A stretch of DNA of 20,000 nucleotides. Source: an uncultured virus (IMG/VR IMGVR_UViG_3300027782_000076). Taxonomy: Duplodnaviria > Heunggongvirae > Uroviricota > Caudoviricetes > Crassvirales. The position numbers and the translations under genes are program-made. The notes under the pieces were generated by a model. That model made no database searches. It was not told where the DNA came from and saw only the letters and a list, made by a program, of their open reading frames with translations. Shown here one piece after another: positions 1 through 6,783 of the stretch. Where the stretch lies: the IMG/VR virus record IMGVR_UViG_3300027782_000076; one strand, 5' to 3'. The stretch's first letter is position 1, and every line of letters begins with the position of its first letter.

Positions 1-356
1 GCCGTCGAGCGCTGAATCGTTTTGTTTACGTCCATCGACGTTAATTTCCCAATTGGAATTGCATTGTTACGAAAGTCCATCACGGGCAGGTAGTCAATAT
101 GCTCGATGTCGTTCACGACGATACCAACCTTAACGTAGGCGGTAGTTCCGTCGGTGAAATAATTTAAGCCCGTGTGGTCGTGCTCGTAAATTTTACGCTG
201 AGCGTTTGGATAGTGGGTCTTTAATAAAGACCAAGCGTTTGCCCAAGACAAGTAGTCAAGGTTTCCCTTGCGCTCAATCTTGTCCTTGATGCTGATTGCT
301 GATAATGTTTTGAATACCTCGTTGGTACTCGAAACTGCTGTTGTGTTTGTCGCCAT
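1..356 (-). CDS. sak: Sak/Rad52-like single-strand annealing protein (DUF1071 / Sak3-like), 3' end off-window
   Basis: Not in the ORF track because there is no stop in the window. Manual translation from ATG at 356: MATNTTAVSSTNEVFKTLSAISIKDKIERKGNLDYLSWANAWSLLKTHYPNA...YLPVMDFRNNAI...DVNKTIQRSTA. The YLSWA.AW, LPVMD.RN and N.TIQR motifs are typical of DUF1071. Confidence 0.85.
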   Translation of the reverse strand, partial: MATNTTAVSSTNEVFKTLSAISIKDKIERKGNLDYLSWANAWSLLKTHYPNAQRKIYEHDHTGLNYFTDGTTAYVKVGIVVNDIEHIDYLPVMDFRNNAIPIGKLTSMDVNKTIQRST

Positions 357-367
357 TTTGTTTTGGA

Positions 368-670
368 TTAAATTGTGATTGAATTTTGAATGTTTTTTAC
401 TAATTTTTTGTAGTCGGCGTCTTGTTTCATCTTGTTTTCAAATGAAGATACGCCCCTATAGATTGTTGACCAACTTGTCTTGTAGCCATTCTCCTTCATA
501 TAGGTATTAATTGTTGCTAAGGGCATCGGTCTTACTGAACATAGATAGTACAATAAGTGCCTTGCGTCTACATACTCCTGAACCTTTGATTTTTTAAATA
601 GGTGCTTTCTCTCTATACGAAATGTCTGAACTACCTTCTCCACACACTCATTAAATATATCTTTTTTCAT
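368..670 (-). CDS. Stand-alone DnaA C-terminal (domain IV)-like HTH DNA-binding protein
   Basis: 100 aa. The pattern KSK.QEYVDARHLLYYLC...PLATI...STIYRGV resembles Bac_DnaA_C (SR..iv.aRq.amYl...sl..Ig...HtTv.ha). Confidence 0.65.
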   Translation of the reverse strand: MKKDIFNECVEKVVQTFRIERKHLFKKSKVQEYVDARHLLYYLCSVRPMPLATINTYMKENGYKTSWSTIYRGVSSFENKMKQDADYKKLVKNIQNSITI

Positions 671-697
671 TGTATTGTAATTAAATTTGATTGTTCA

Positions 698-729
698 CAA
701 ATATACACATTGTGCATTGATTATGCAAT
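698..729 (-). promoter_or_regulatory. Bacteroidota sigma70-type promoter
   Basis: Minus strand ATTG-N20-TATATTTG against the consensus TTTG-N19-21-TAnnTTTG, upstream of the 670 start. Confidence 0.65.
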
Positions 730-1100
730 TATTTGGAAATAAACTTCCTTGCGACTCTGTCCCACAACTCCTCCTCTACCAATTCGAGCGACTTATCTTT
801 GATGATGCTATTCATCTCGTCCGATTGTTCTGCGTCGTTAATCTCGAGCAGGAAATCTCCCGTGATTAAGATTTGGATGTAGAAACCGCCAACGTACCTT
901 ACCACGTCCCTGCAATCGGGTCTGAGCCTTGCGCTTGGGTTGTAGTGTACAAACAACTCTCTCGGTGTTATTCTGCCCGTGTTAATAAACAAATCAAAGC
1001 TCATCTCTCCGTCTTGCATCTTCTGCAGGGTTTGGATGTACAATTTATCGGGCTTGTCCTTTAGTTTTTCCTTCAGGATTTCTTCTGCTACTATGGTCAT
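729..1100 (-). CDS. Hypothetical phage protein
   Basis: 123-aa ORF, ATG start, co-oriented in a densely packed minus-strand operon. Confidence 0.75.
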   Translation of the reverse strand: MTIVAEEILKEKLKDKPDKLYIQTLQKMQDGEMSFDLFINTGRITPRELFVHYNPSARLRPDCRDVVRYVGGFYIQILITGDFLLEINDAEQSDEMNSIIKDKSLELVEEELWDRVARKFISK

Positions 1101-1131
1101 CTTATTTTTACTAAATTGTTAAACAATATTT

Positions 1132-1530
1132 TTATGCGTAAACTACTTCGCCCAATGCAATGTATTGGAATATAACGTCCGAACTTGTGGCGTCTCCGTG
1201 TTCGTTTATTTCGTTTAGGATAGCCCAACTATTATCGTCGGTAGCACACTTTTGCAGTCTTTCACTCATCGTAGTCATACTGATTGTTCCAACTGCGTCC
1301 TCGTCCTCCTCCTCTTCGATGTCGTGTATCTCTACGTCAATGTTGTGGTCGTACACTGCTGAGAATAGAGCCTGACTAAATGGTATACTCCTATCAGGCA
1401 CAACTTCTCTGACTTTCTTAACGGCTTTACCTCCGATAAGATACCAATAATTACTCCCGCCCTCTAATGCGGTTACAAAGATGTCTTCCAAGACTTCTCT
1501 TGTCAATTCAATGTTAATAGATACTTTCAT
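1132..1530 (-). CDS. Conserved hypothetical acidic phage protein (ALEGGSNYW ... DA..sD.ifQ...GEvvY type)
   Basis: 132 aa, A-rich leader, overlaps the upstream stop (ATGA). Confidence 0.8.
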   Translation of the reverse strand: MKVSINIELTREVLEDIFVTALEGGSNYWYLIGGKAVKKVREVVPDRSIPFSQALFSAVYDHNIDVEIHDIEEEEDEDAVGTISMTTMSERLQKCATDDNSWAILNEINEHGDATSSDVIFQYIALGEVVYA

Positions 1531-1715
1531 ATTTGGTTTATTATAAATTTAACTTTTGATTTTGTGTTTGGGTTTAACTCTAATTGCCCTATCGAACACC
1601 ACCCATTTGCCCATTCGAAATTGTTTTCTCCTATCCAAGTTATCTTGCGGAGAACTTTGCCGTGTTCGTTTTGTAAATAAAACAAATCACCTTTGTAAAT
1701 TCCTTTCGTCTTCAT
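1527..1715 (-). CDS. Hypothetical phage protein
   Basis: 62 aa, translationally coupled to both neighbours. Confidence 0.7.
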   Translation of the reverse strand: MKTKGIYKGDLFYLQNEHGKVLRKITWIGENNFEWANGWCSIGQLELNPNTKSKVKFIINQI

Positions 1716-1716
1716 T

Positions 1717-1920
1717 TTATTTTATAGTTAAATGACCTACTTCTATTCCGATGTCTTCTCCGTTTTCCAACGCTTGATTTATTTCAAAAAAGTCTTCGAC
1801 TAAACTTTCGCTATCGTCATCGTGTAAAACATATAATGAAAATAGTCCGCTTTGATAAACTTCTTTGGCTATGTCAGTTACTAAGAACCACACAAAGCCT
1901 TGTACAACTTTTGCTCTCAT
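1717..1920 (-). CDS. Hypothetical phage protein
   Basis: 67 aa, tight packing. Confidence 0.75.
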   Translation of the reverse strand: MRAKVVQGFVWFLVTDIAKEVYQSGLFSLYVLHDDDSESLVEDFFEINQALENGEDIGIEVGHLTIK

Positions 1921-1923
1921 AAT

Positions 1924-2250
1924 TTAGTTTGTTATTGTTTTAGTTATTAAACTCTCGATAATTTCAAACTTCCCGTCCTGAAAGTAAATATCAACGGGAA
2001 AGTCAATGTCAGGTAAGCACAATGTCTGCTCACCGAATAGGTTCATATTCACTGCCCCAAAATCCTCGATAAAGTAATCCTCGATTTCGCTCCAATGGAT
2101 GAGCAACTCGATGTCCACCTCGTTAATTTTTATCTCCACCGAATATATCAATGCAGACTTGTTGTTGACCTCGAACACTTCGAGGTCGATTGTTGGGAAC
2201 TTGTTCTCTTGTACCCAAGAACTCAGCTCCGATAATTTAAATTTTTTCAT
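1924..2250 (-). CDS. Hypothetical acidic phage protein (start revised to 2250)
   Basis: The ATG at 2250 follows the A-rich leader TTAAAAACCAAAACAAACAAACAA. The ORF-track start at 2286 lies inside the hammerhead. Confidence 0.75.
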   Translation of the reverse strand: MKKFKLSELSSWVQENKFPTIDLEVFEVNNKSALIYSVEIKINEVDIELLIHWSEIEDYFIEDFGAVNMNLFGEQTLCLPDIDFPVDIYFQDGKFEIIESLITKTITN

Positions 2251-2275
2251 TTGTTTGTTTGTTTTGGTTTTTAAA

Positions 2276-2329
2276 TCCCGTTTCATCCTTTTGGAATCAT
2301 CAGTCGAGACAACTCATCTCGATACGGGA
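2276..2329 (-). ncRNA. Type III hammerhead ribozyme (HHR-1)
   Basis: Minus strand: UCCCGUA^ UCGAGA-ugaguug-UCUCGA CUGAUGA uUCC-aaaa-GGAu GAA ACGGGA. Complete core, 6-bp stem I, 6-bp stem III, GUA triplet. Predicted cut between 2323 and 2322. Confidence 0.88.
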
Positions 2330-2358
2330 GAGTGTCCTTAAAGACACTCCCGTTTTTT
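2324..2358. terminator. GC-rich hairpin; followed by T6 on the + strand (terminator-like against antisense transcription); overlaps HHR-1 stem III
   Basis: ACGGGAG-AGTGTC-cttaaa-GACACT-CCCGT-TTTTT. Confidence 0.45.
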
Positions 2359-2460
2359 ATGGTCTAAACCTGACGACTTCGGTCTCGGTGAACCAACTAC
2401 AAAAACCCCCGTAATAATAGTGTGCGAACCCCATCGAACCTCAGTCGTTATAATAAAGCA

Positions 2461-2491
2461 CTAAGATAGCATATACATTGCACATATCAAA
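2461..2491 (-). promoter_or_regulatory. Bacteroidota sigma70-type promoter
   Basis: Minus strand TTTG-N19-TATCTTAG (one mismatch to TAnnTTTG). Confidence 0.6.
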
Positions 2492-2497
2492 ATTAAA

Positions 2498-2698
2498 TTA
2501 ATCTTTGTAGCTTGGCTTGATAGCAAAGCACTCAATCATCTCGTCGTGATAGGCGTCAATATTATTGACCTTAGTGAACTCGTTCGCTTGTTGTTTGGTC
2601 TCAAACTCAGCCACCAATCTTTCACTCTTGCACCTATATATTTTGGCGTAATTCGTCGGTACTTCGACCACGCTCCACACAATTTTCTTATTCATCAC
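2498..2698 (-). CDS. Hypothetical phage protein
   Basis: 66 aa, in operon. Confidence 0.7.
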   Translation of the reverse strand: MMNKKIVWSVVEVPTNYAKIYRCKSERLVAEFETKQQANEFTKVNNIDAYHDEMIECFAIKPSYKD

Positions 2699-2891
2699 AG
2701 GCCTCCTTTACTATTTCAAATACTCTGACGCCGTTAACTTCCCTGAACTCAATCGGGTACAACTTGATTAACATTTCTAATTTGTCCTTGAAGAATCCTC
2801 GTCTGCTCTTAGGCAGATAAATCAATCTGTCAATCACCTCTTGCGTCAACTCCCTGCGCTCTTGGTACACATCTACTTTTTGCTCTTGCAT
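2688..2891 (-). CDS. Hypothetical phage protein
   Basis: 67 aa, in operon. Confidence 0.7.
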   Translation of the reverse strand: MQEQKVDVYQERRELTQEVIDRLIYLPKSRRGFFKDKLEMLIKLYPIEFREVNGVRVFEIVKEACDE

Positions 2892-2895
2892 AACT

Positions 2896-3045
2896 TTAGT
2901 TTTTAAGTTTAATTTTAATCATATCCAAAATAAAATTGTCAATGTTCTGCTGTCCCCAACTGCGGGCACCCTCGAACGAATCAAAGTCCTTACGTGCTAC
3001 CTTGTAGGCGTTGTCTTTGTTTAGGTATTCAATGTAAATCTCCAT
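2896..3045 (-). CDS. Small hypothetical phage protein (49 aa, below ORF-track cutoff)
   Basis: MEIYIEYLNKDNAYKVARKDFDSFEGARSWGQQNIDNFILDMIKIKLKN*; exactly fills the gap between its neighbours. Confidence 0.7.
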   Translation of the reverse strand: MEIYIEYLNKDNAYKVARKDFDSFEGARSWGQQNIDNFILDMIKIKLKN

Positions 3046-3046
3046 C

Positions 3047-3235
3047 TTACTTGTTGTTTAGGGTTTCGTCTAATCTATTACACCCGTACGCAACTGCGCC
3101 TAAGGATAAAAACATTGTACACATTAGCACCACCCATTCGAACGGGTTTAAGCTATCTAAAATACTCATCAGGTAGACTATCAGACCTGAATAAGCTAAG
3201 CCTCCTAAGGCTAATAAAATTATTGTTTTTTTCAT
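3047..3235 (-). CDS. Small membrane protein with two predicted TM segments
   Basis: Hydrophobic stretches IILLALGGLAYSGLIVYLMSIL and WVVLMCTMFLSLGAVAYGC. Confidence 0.7.
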   Translation of the reverse strand: MKKTIILLALGGLAYSGLIVYLMSILDSLNPFEWVVLMCTMFLSLGAVAYGCNRLDETLNNK

Positions 3236-3236
3236 C

Positions 3237-3533
3237 TTACTTTCTTTCTAATTGATAAAGTTTTGTCTCAAATTCTTTGGTCATTTCCTCAACGTCGTAA
3301 ACCTTTTCGTTGTCGTCGTCCTCGTAATAATAAATGGGGACACTTATGCTATCGTCCGACGTTTCGTAGCTATCGAATTGATACTTATCGGTGTTAATCA
3401 TATCGCAGTTTATAGACGATATAAACCACATTACCGACCACACCATTCCATTGTCTTCCGCCCATTGTAGGCGCTCTTCCTTTGTTTGCTCGACCATATC
3501 GAATGGCGATGCAAAGATTCTTGTTTCTTTCAT
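3237..3533 (-). CDS. Hypothetical acidic phage protein
   Basis: 98 aa, leader TTAAACCAAACAAAAA-ATG. Confidence 0.75.
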   Translation of the reverse strand: MKETRIFASPFDMVEQTKEERLQWAEDNGMVWSVMWFISSINCDMINTDKYQFDSYETSDDSISVPIYYYEDDDNEKVYDVEEMTKEFETKLYQLERK

Positions 3534-3566
3534 TTTTTGTTTGGTTTAATTAAGCACTATTGCTTG

Positions 3567-3610
3567 GGCTATGCAAGGGACTCGAACCCTTGTTTATACC
3601 ATACATAGCC
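3567..3610 (-). ncRNA. tRNA-like element: acceptor stem plus T-arm, no anticodon arm
   Basis: Minus strand: GGCUAUG-uauGGuauaaa-CAAGGG-UUCGAGU-CCCUUG-CAUAGCC. Perfect 7-bp and 6-bp stems, a canonical TPsiC-type loop, and GG in the linker. Confidence 0.65.
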
Positions 3611-3617
3611 AATCTAA

Positions 3618-3857
3618 TCAATCGTAGTCGGGGAAAAAATCTTCCCAACCATCTGCAATTCCGTTTGTGTTCATTCTGCGCATTGGCTCCTGTCTCTGCT
3701 CCTCCTGTTCGCCTTGCACATCGATAAAATAAATCGTGTCAGGAAATAAATCCTTTAAACTATCCATCTCGATTACCGCCTCGTCGTACGATAAATCACT
3801 TGCCTCGATTTGTGGGTACCCGTCCTCGTCCACGCCACATACTCTGAACTTGTCCAT
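3618..3857 (-). CDS. Hypothetical acidic phage protein (start revised to ATG 3857)
   Basis: MDKFRVCGVDEDGYPQ...; starts 5 nt after the stop of the 3863-4027 ORF. Confidence 0.7.
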   Translation of the reverse strand: MDKFRVCGVDEDGYPQIEASDLSYDEAVIEMDSLKDLFPDTIYFIDVQGEQEEQRQEPMRRMNTNGIADGWEDFFPDYD

Positions 3858-3862
3858 ATCCG

Positions 3863-4027
3863 TTAGTATTTGTCCGTTAAACACTCTCTACGCTCCACCT
3901 TAGACCCGTCAATCGTTAGCGCCATCTTAACTGCGTCGGAACACTTTTTGAACGTGTACATCTGCACAAACTTTCCTAAGCATAGGCAGTCCACTGCCCA
4001 CAACTTAGCCATCTTTAATTTTCTCAT
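3863..4027 (-). CDS. Small hypothetical phage protein (54 aa, below cutoff)
   Basis: MRKLKMAKLWAVDCLCLGKFVQMYTFKKCSDAVKMALTIDGSKVERRECLTDKY*; fills the gap and has an A-rich leader. Confidence 0.6.
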   Translation of the reverse strand: MRKLKMAKLWAVDCLCLGKFVQMYTFKKCSDAVKMALTIDGSKVERRECLTDKY

Positions 4028-4031
4028 TTTT

Positions 4032-4517
4032 TTAGTTTAATTTAATTTTTTCCTCTAATAATATATCTAAGACTTCCAACTCGGACTCGTATTCCACGTC
4101 TCTCCACGAATAGACGTCGGTCTCCTTGTCGTAGTCTTTTATCCAATAGATGTCGGTCTCCTTGTCGTGGTCGATTCTATCAAAGTCCTCACCCTCTAAG
4201 TTCACTACGGACATACCGCCAACGTCACCGATAACGCAACCAAATATTTTACCATCGGTCTCAACGTAGTCGTAGCGATAGTCTAACCCGAATTTTAATG
4301 CAAGTTGGTCGACCTGATAAATATCAGGAGTACCCTCAGTAATGAAATCGACAACACCATCTTCAATAGTCAAATCAAAGCAATACTTTTCTTGTTTGCC
4401 GTCCATCAAATAAATACTATCGTATCTATTTTTGGTCGTTCGAGATTTAATAAATTCTAAGCATTCTGCGACTCTATCTCCTTGAAATAAAATCGTATTG
4501 TAGCAATTGTTCGCCAT
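4032..4517 (-). CDS. YubB/DUF1281-like (ferredoxin-like fold) phage protein
   Basis: N-terminus MANNCYNTILFQG resembles M(A/P)NWC.N...f.G; the later F.T..tP and y.Y.E.....fG pattern also fits. Confidence 0.5.
   Translation of the reverse strand: MANNCYNTILFQGDRVAECLEFIKSRTTKNRYDSIYLMDGKQEKYCFDLTIEDGVVDFITEGTPDIYQVDQLALKFGLDYRYDYVETDGKIFGCVIGDVGGMSVVNLEGEDFDRIDHDKETDIYWIKDYDKETDVYSWRDVEYESELEVLDILLEEKIKLN
4109..4172. repeat. In-frame tandem duplication with 36-nt period
   Basis: AATAGAcGTCGGTCTCCTTGTCGTaGTC (4109-4136) versus AATAGAtGTCGGTCTCCTTGTCGTgGTC (4145-4172); encodes DHDKETDIY / DYDKETDVY. Confidence 0.85.
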
Positions 4518-4523
4518 TTTTTT

Positions 4524-5141
4524 TTAATTATTTAAGTGGTTATTATTAATCAGGTAAAAATTATCGGTCACCTCTTGGTTATCCGTGTCAAACTCCTCGA
4601 TAAGCAAGTCGTAGTTTAACTTATGGGTGTTGCAAAACTTTAAGTAGTTTTTCAACCCTTGCACGTCGTCCAATTCAAAATGCTTATCAGGCAGAATGTT
4701 ACTTGGTCTCTTAGGGTCGTCGCACCTTATCAGGTAGTACATCTCGTATTGATTGCCGTAGTCGTTTATCCACTCGGTAAGCAATTCCCTTGTAACGTAA
4801 CAGGCATCGGGCGTACCATCGAACAATCTTAGCTTGCCGTTCGAATCGTGAGCCATACGCCCTTCCTGCCTCTTATGCAAAATCATTTCGTCTAATACGC
4901 TTTGTAGCTCGTGCTTAGATACCTTAGTTGGCTCGGGGGTATCAATTAGATACGCCCAAGATAACCACACGCTAAGACCATCGTTGTGGTCTCTTCTCGC
5001 AATGTACTTCGCATCGTCTTCCGACTCAGCCTGTACAATACATTTAACCTTCATTAACTCAGGCTCAGCCTTGTCAATGTCTCTCGATGGGTTAACCACT
5101 AACTGCATCGAAACTTCGTACTCTTTTAATTTCTTGTCCAT
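4524..5141 (-). CDS. Hypothetical phage protein
   Basis: 205 aa, A-rich leader. Confidence 0.8.
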   Translation of the reverse strand: MDKKLKEYEVSMQLVVNPSRDIDKAEPELMKVKCIVQAESEDDAKYIARRDHNDGLSVWLSWAYLIDTPEPTKVSKHELQSVLDEMILHKRQEGRMAHDSNGKLRLFDGTPDACYVTRELLTEWINDYGNQYEMYYLIRCDDPKRPSNILPDKHFELDDVQGLKNYLKFCNTHKLNYDLLIEEFDTDNQEVTDNFYLINNNHLNN

Positions 5142-5154
5142 TTTTTTGGTCTCC

Positions 5155-5463
5155 TTATTTTTGATTTAATTTAATTTTTGTCCATAGAATTTCACAACCG
5201 CAACAATTATACACCTCGATTCCGATGTACCCGTCTTTCTCTTTGTATTTAAAGTAATCTCGGCTACGACCTACGCAGTAAACACCTTTGTGACCTATTG
5301 CGTCAGCCTTGTCAATTTGTATCATCTCGGTATCTTGGAAATACTCGATGCCGTCAAACATTCCATTGAACCTTGACTTTGTTTCGACGAATAATTCGTC
5401 TGCATTTTTAATGAACGACTTTAGCGTCGCCATCGTGATTTTTTTGTTTTTTAAATTTTCCAT
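5155..5463 (-). CDS. Conserved hypothetical phage protein (ITmATlKSFIk ... VG.SRDyF ... GIEVyNcCG)
   Basis: 102 aa, starts 22 nt downstream of HHR-2. Confidence 0.8.
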   Translation of the reverse strand: MENLKNKKITMATLKSFIKNADELFVETKSRFNGMFDGIEYFQDTEMIQIDKADAIGHKGVYCVGRSRDYFKYKEKDGYIGIEVYNCCGCEILWTKIKLNQK

Positions 5464-5485
5464 TTTTTTATGGGTTTAAGGGGTT

Positions 5486-5538
5486 TGCCGTTTCGTCCTT
5501 TTGGACTCATCAGGTGGGACACTCATCCCACGACGTCA
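5486..5538 (-). ncRNA. Type III hammerhead ribozyme (HHR-2)
   Basis: Minus strand: UGaCGUC^ GUGGGA-ugagug-UCCCAC CUGAUGA GUCC-aaaa-GGAC GAA ACGgCA. Canonical core, G10.1-C11.1 pair, GUC triplet. Predicted cut between 5532 and 5531. Confidence 0.92.
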
Positions 5539-5559
5539 GGAGCGCCTGAGCGCCCCTGA
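5536..5559 (-). other. GC-rich 10-bp hairpin directly 5' of HHR-2
   Basis: Minus strand UCAGGGGCGC-ucag-GCGCUCCUGA with no U-tract; begins 5 nt after the stop of the 5565-5969 gene. Confidence 0.7.
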
Positions 5560-5564
5560 TTTGA

Positions 5565-5969
5565 TTACTCTATCGGGTGAACTTTAATATCATTCTCAAC
5601 CAATTGCTGAAACCAATTTTTCAACTCTAAATCAGCGACGTATATCCACGTCGACACCTCACGGGATAGGGCGTTGGTGCTACGCGCCCTGACGTTGCCC
5701 TTGCGATTCAATGTTACTTCGTAATTACCGATTATTACTTTAAGTTTCTCTTGCTGATGTTTGTTAGCGTGGTTCGGATTGTTAAAGTAAAGTAAATGGT
5801 ATTTGTACTCCTCAATTTGGTATTGATAGGTATATAAATTCTCACCTACTTCGGCAAAGTTTTCTAAGAAATTTGCGTTCAATAATTTTTGCAAATCTTT
5901 AACCTTGTACTCCAAATATTTAATTTGGTTTGTTACTTCTGATGCGATGTCGTTGATGTCTCTTCTCAT
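5565..5969 (-). CDS. Hypothetical phage protein with N-terminal coiled coil
   Basis: 134 aa, leader TTAAACCAAAAAAAAA-ATG. Confidence 0.75.
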   Translation of the reverse strand: MRRDINDIASEVTNQIKYLEYKVKDLQKLLNANFLENFAEVGENLYTYQYQIEEYKYHLLYFNNPNHANKHQQEKLKVIIGNYEVTLNRKGNVRARSTNALSREVSTWIYVADLELKNWFQQLVENDIKVHPIE

Positions 5970-6013
5970 TTTTTTTTGGTTTAAATTGTTTCTGATTAAA
6001 TTGATTAAATTGA

Positions 6014-6295
6014 TTATAATTCCTTAACTAAATACTTGTCGTACAACTCTTCCTTGTTCGGTTGTCCTGATACCCAATTGATGTACAGGTAAGGGTCGAC
6101 GCCATTGCTTAGGATGTGCTTAGCCGTTAGGATTTTGATGTCCTTAAAGTCGTAATCCATATCCTCGATATCGTACTTCGAGTAGTACAAAATATCTTCC
6201 TTGTCCGTTCCCTTGTAGTCCCATCCATTTACGATGATGAACGTGCCTTTAAGCACTGCAAAGTGCGTGTACTTTTTTGTTGCTTTGTGTTTCAT
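6014..6295 (-). CDS. Hypothetical phage protein, first gene of the leftward operon
   Basis: 93 aa, directly downstream of the promoter candidate at 6334-6364. Confidence 0.8.
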   Translation of the reverse strand: MKHKATKKYTHFAVLKGTFIIVNGWDYKGTDKEDILYYSKYDIEDMDYDFKDIKILTAKHILSNGVDPYLYINWVSGQPNKEELYDKYLVKEL

Positions 6296-6333
6296 TTTTA
6301 TAGGGGTTTAACAATGCTACCTGCATTGGATGT

Positions 6334-6364
6334 GCAATTTACATGCAATACTATTAATATCAAA
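6334..6364 (-). promoter_or_regulatory. Candidate leftward (early) promoter
   Basis: Minus strand TTTG-N19-TAAATTGC (variant -7 box); shares TTTTGATAT with the 2461-2491 promoter. Confidence 0.5.
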
Positions 6365-6783
6365 ATATTATTTACTTTTTTATTCACTTATTTTAAAAAC
6401 TCAATGTTTATGCGGGTTTCAGGGGCGCTCAAGTGATCAAAATTTGTAGTGTTTTGGGTGGTGCAGTAATAACCGCCTTTCTGCGTCTACCTGATAGTTT
6501 TTTTGTCCTGTGTTCACATTCATATTACCTGAGAGCAGTGCCTTGCGATGTGTCGAATGCGATGCGCAGAGCCACACAAATCACCTGCACCCAATCGACT
6601 CTACCTGAGTGCTGCGAACCACTCATTCAGGCTCAGGATGCCCACAGGAAAACGCCAAAAAATCCGAGGCGCTCGAGGGAAATCCTGACCCCCCCCCTGC
6701 AAAAAAAAATCGTTTCCGTCGCGGGGGTCGGCTCGCCAAACCGCTATATAGCCCAAACACTACTATCATCTGATATTTTTTTA

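Noticed and set aside
3567..3610. Functional tRNA gene
   Set aside because: No D-stem or anticodon arm and only 44 nt; kept as a tRNA-like element.
687..5169. Plus-strand ORFs 687-869, 873-1064, 1160-1375, 2099-2341, 2546-2728, 2994-3176, 3252-3470, 4984-5169
   Set aside because: Antisense shadows of a tightly packed minus-strand operon.
5993..6016. TGATTAAAT tandem repeat (about 2.7 copies)
   Set aside because: Short AT-rich slippage repeat with no supporting context.
5547..6431. 13-nt inverted match TGAGCGCCCCTGA (5547-5559) / TCAGGGGCGCTCA (6419-6431) as ends of an invertible or mobile segment
   Set aside because: No recombinase or transposase in the window and no target duplication; a single 13-mer match in 20 kb can arise by chance.
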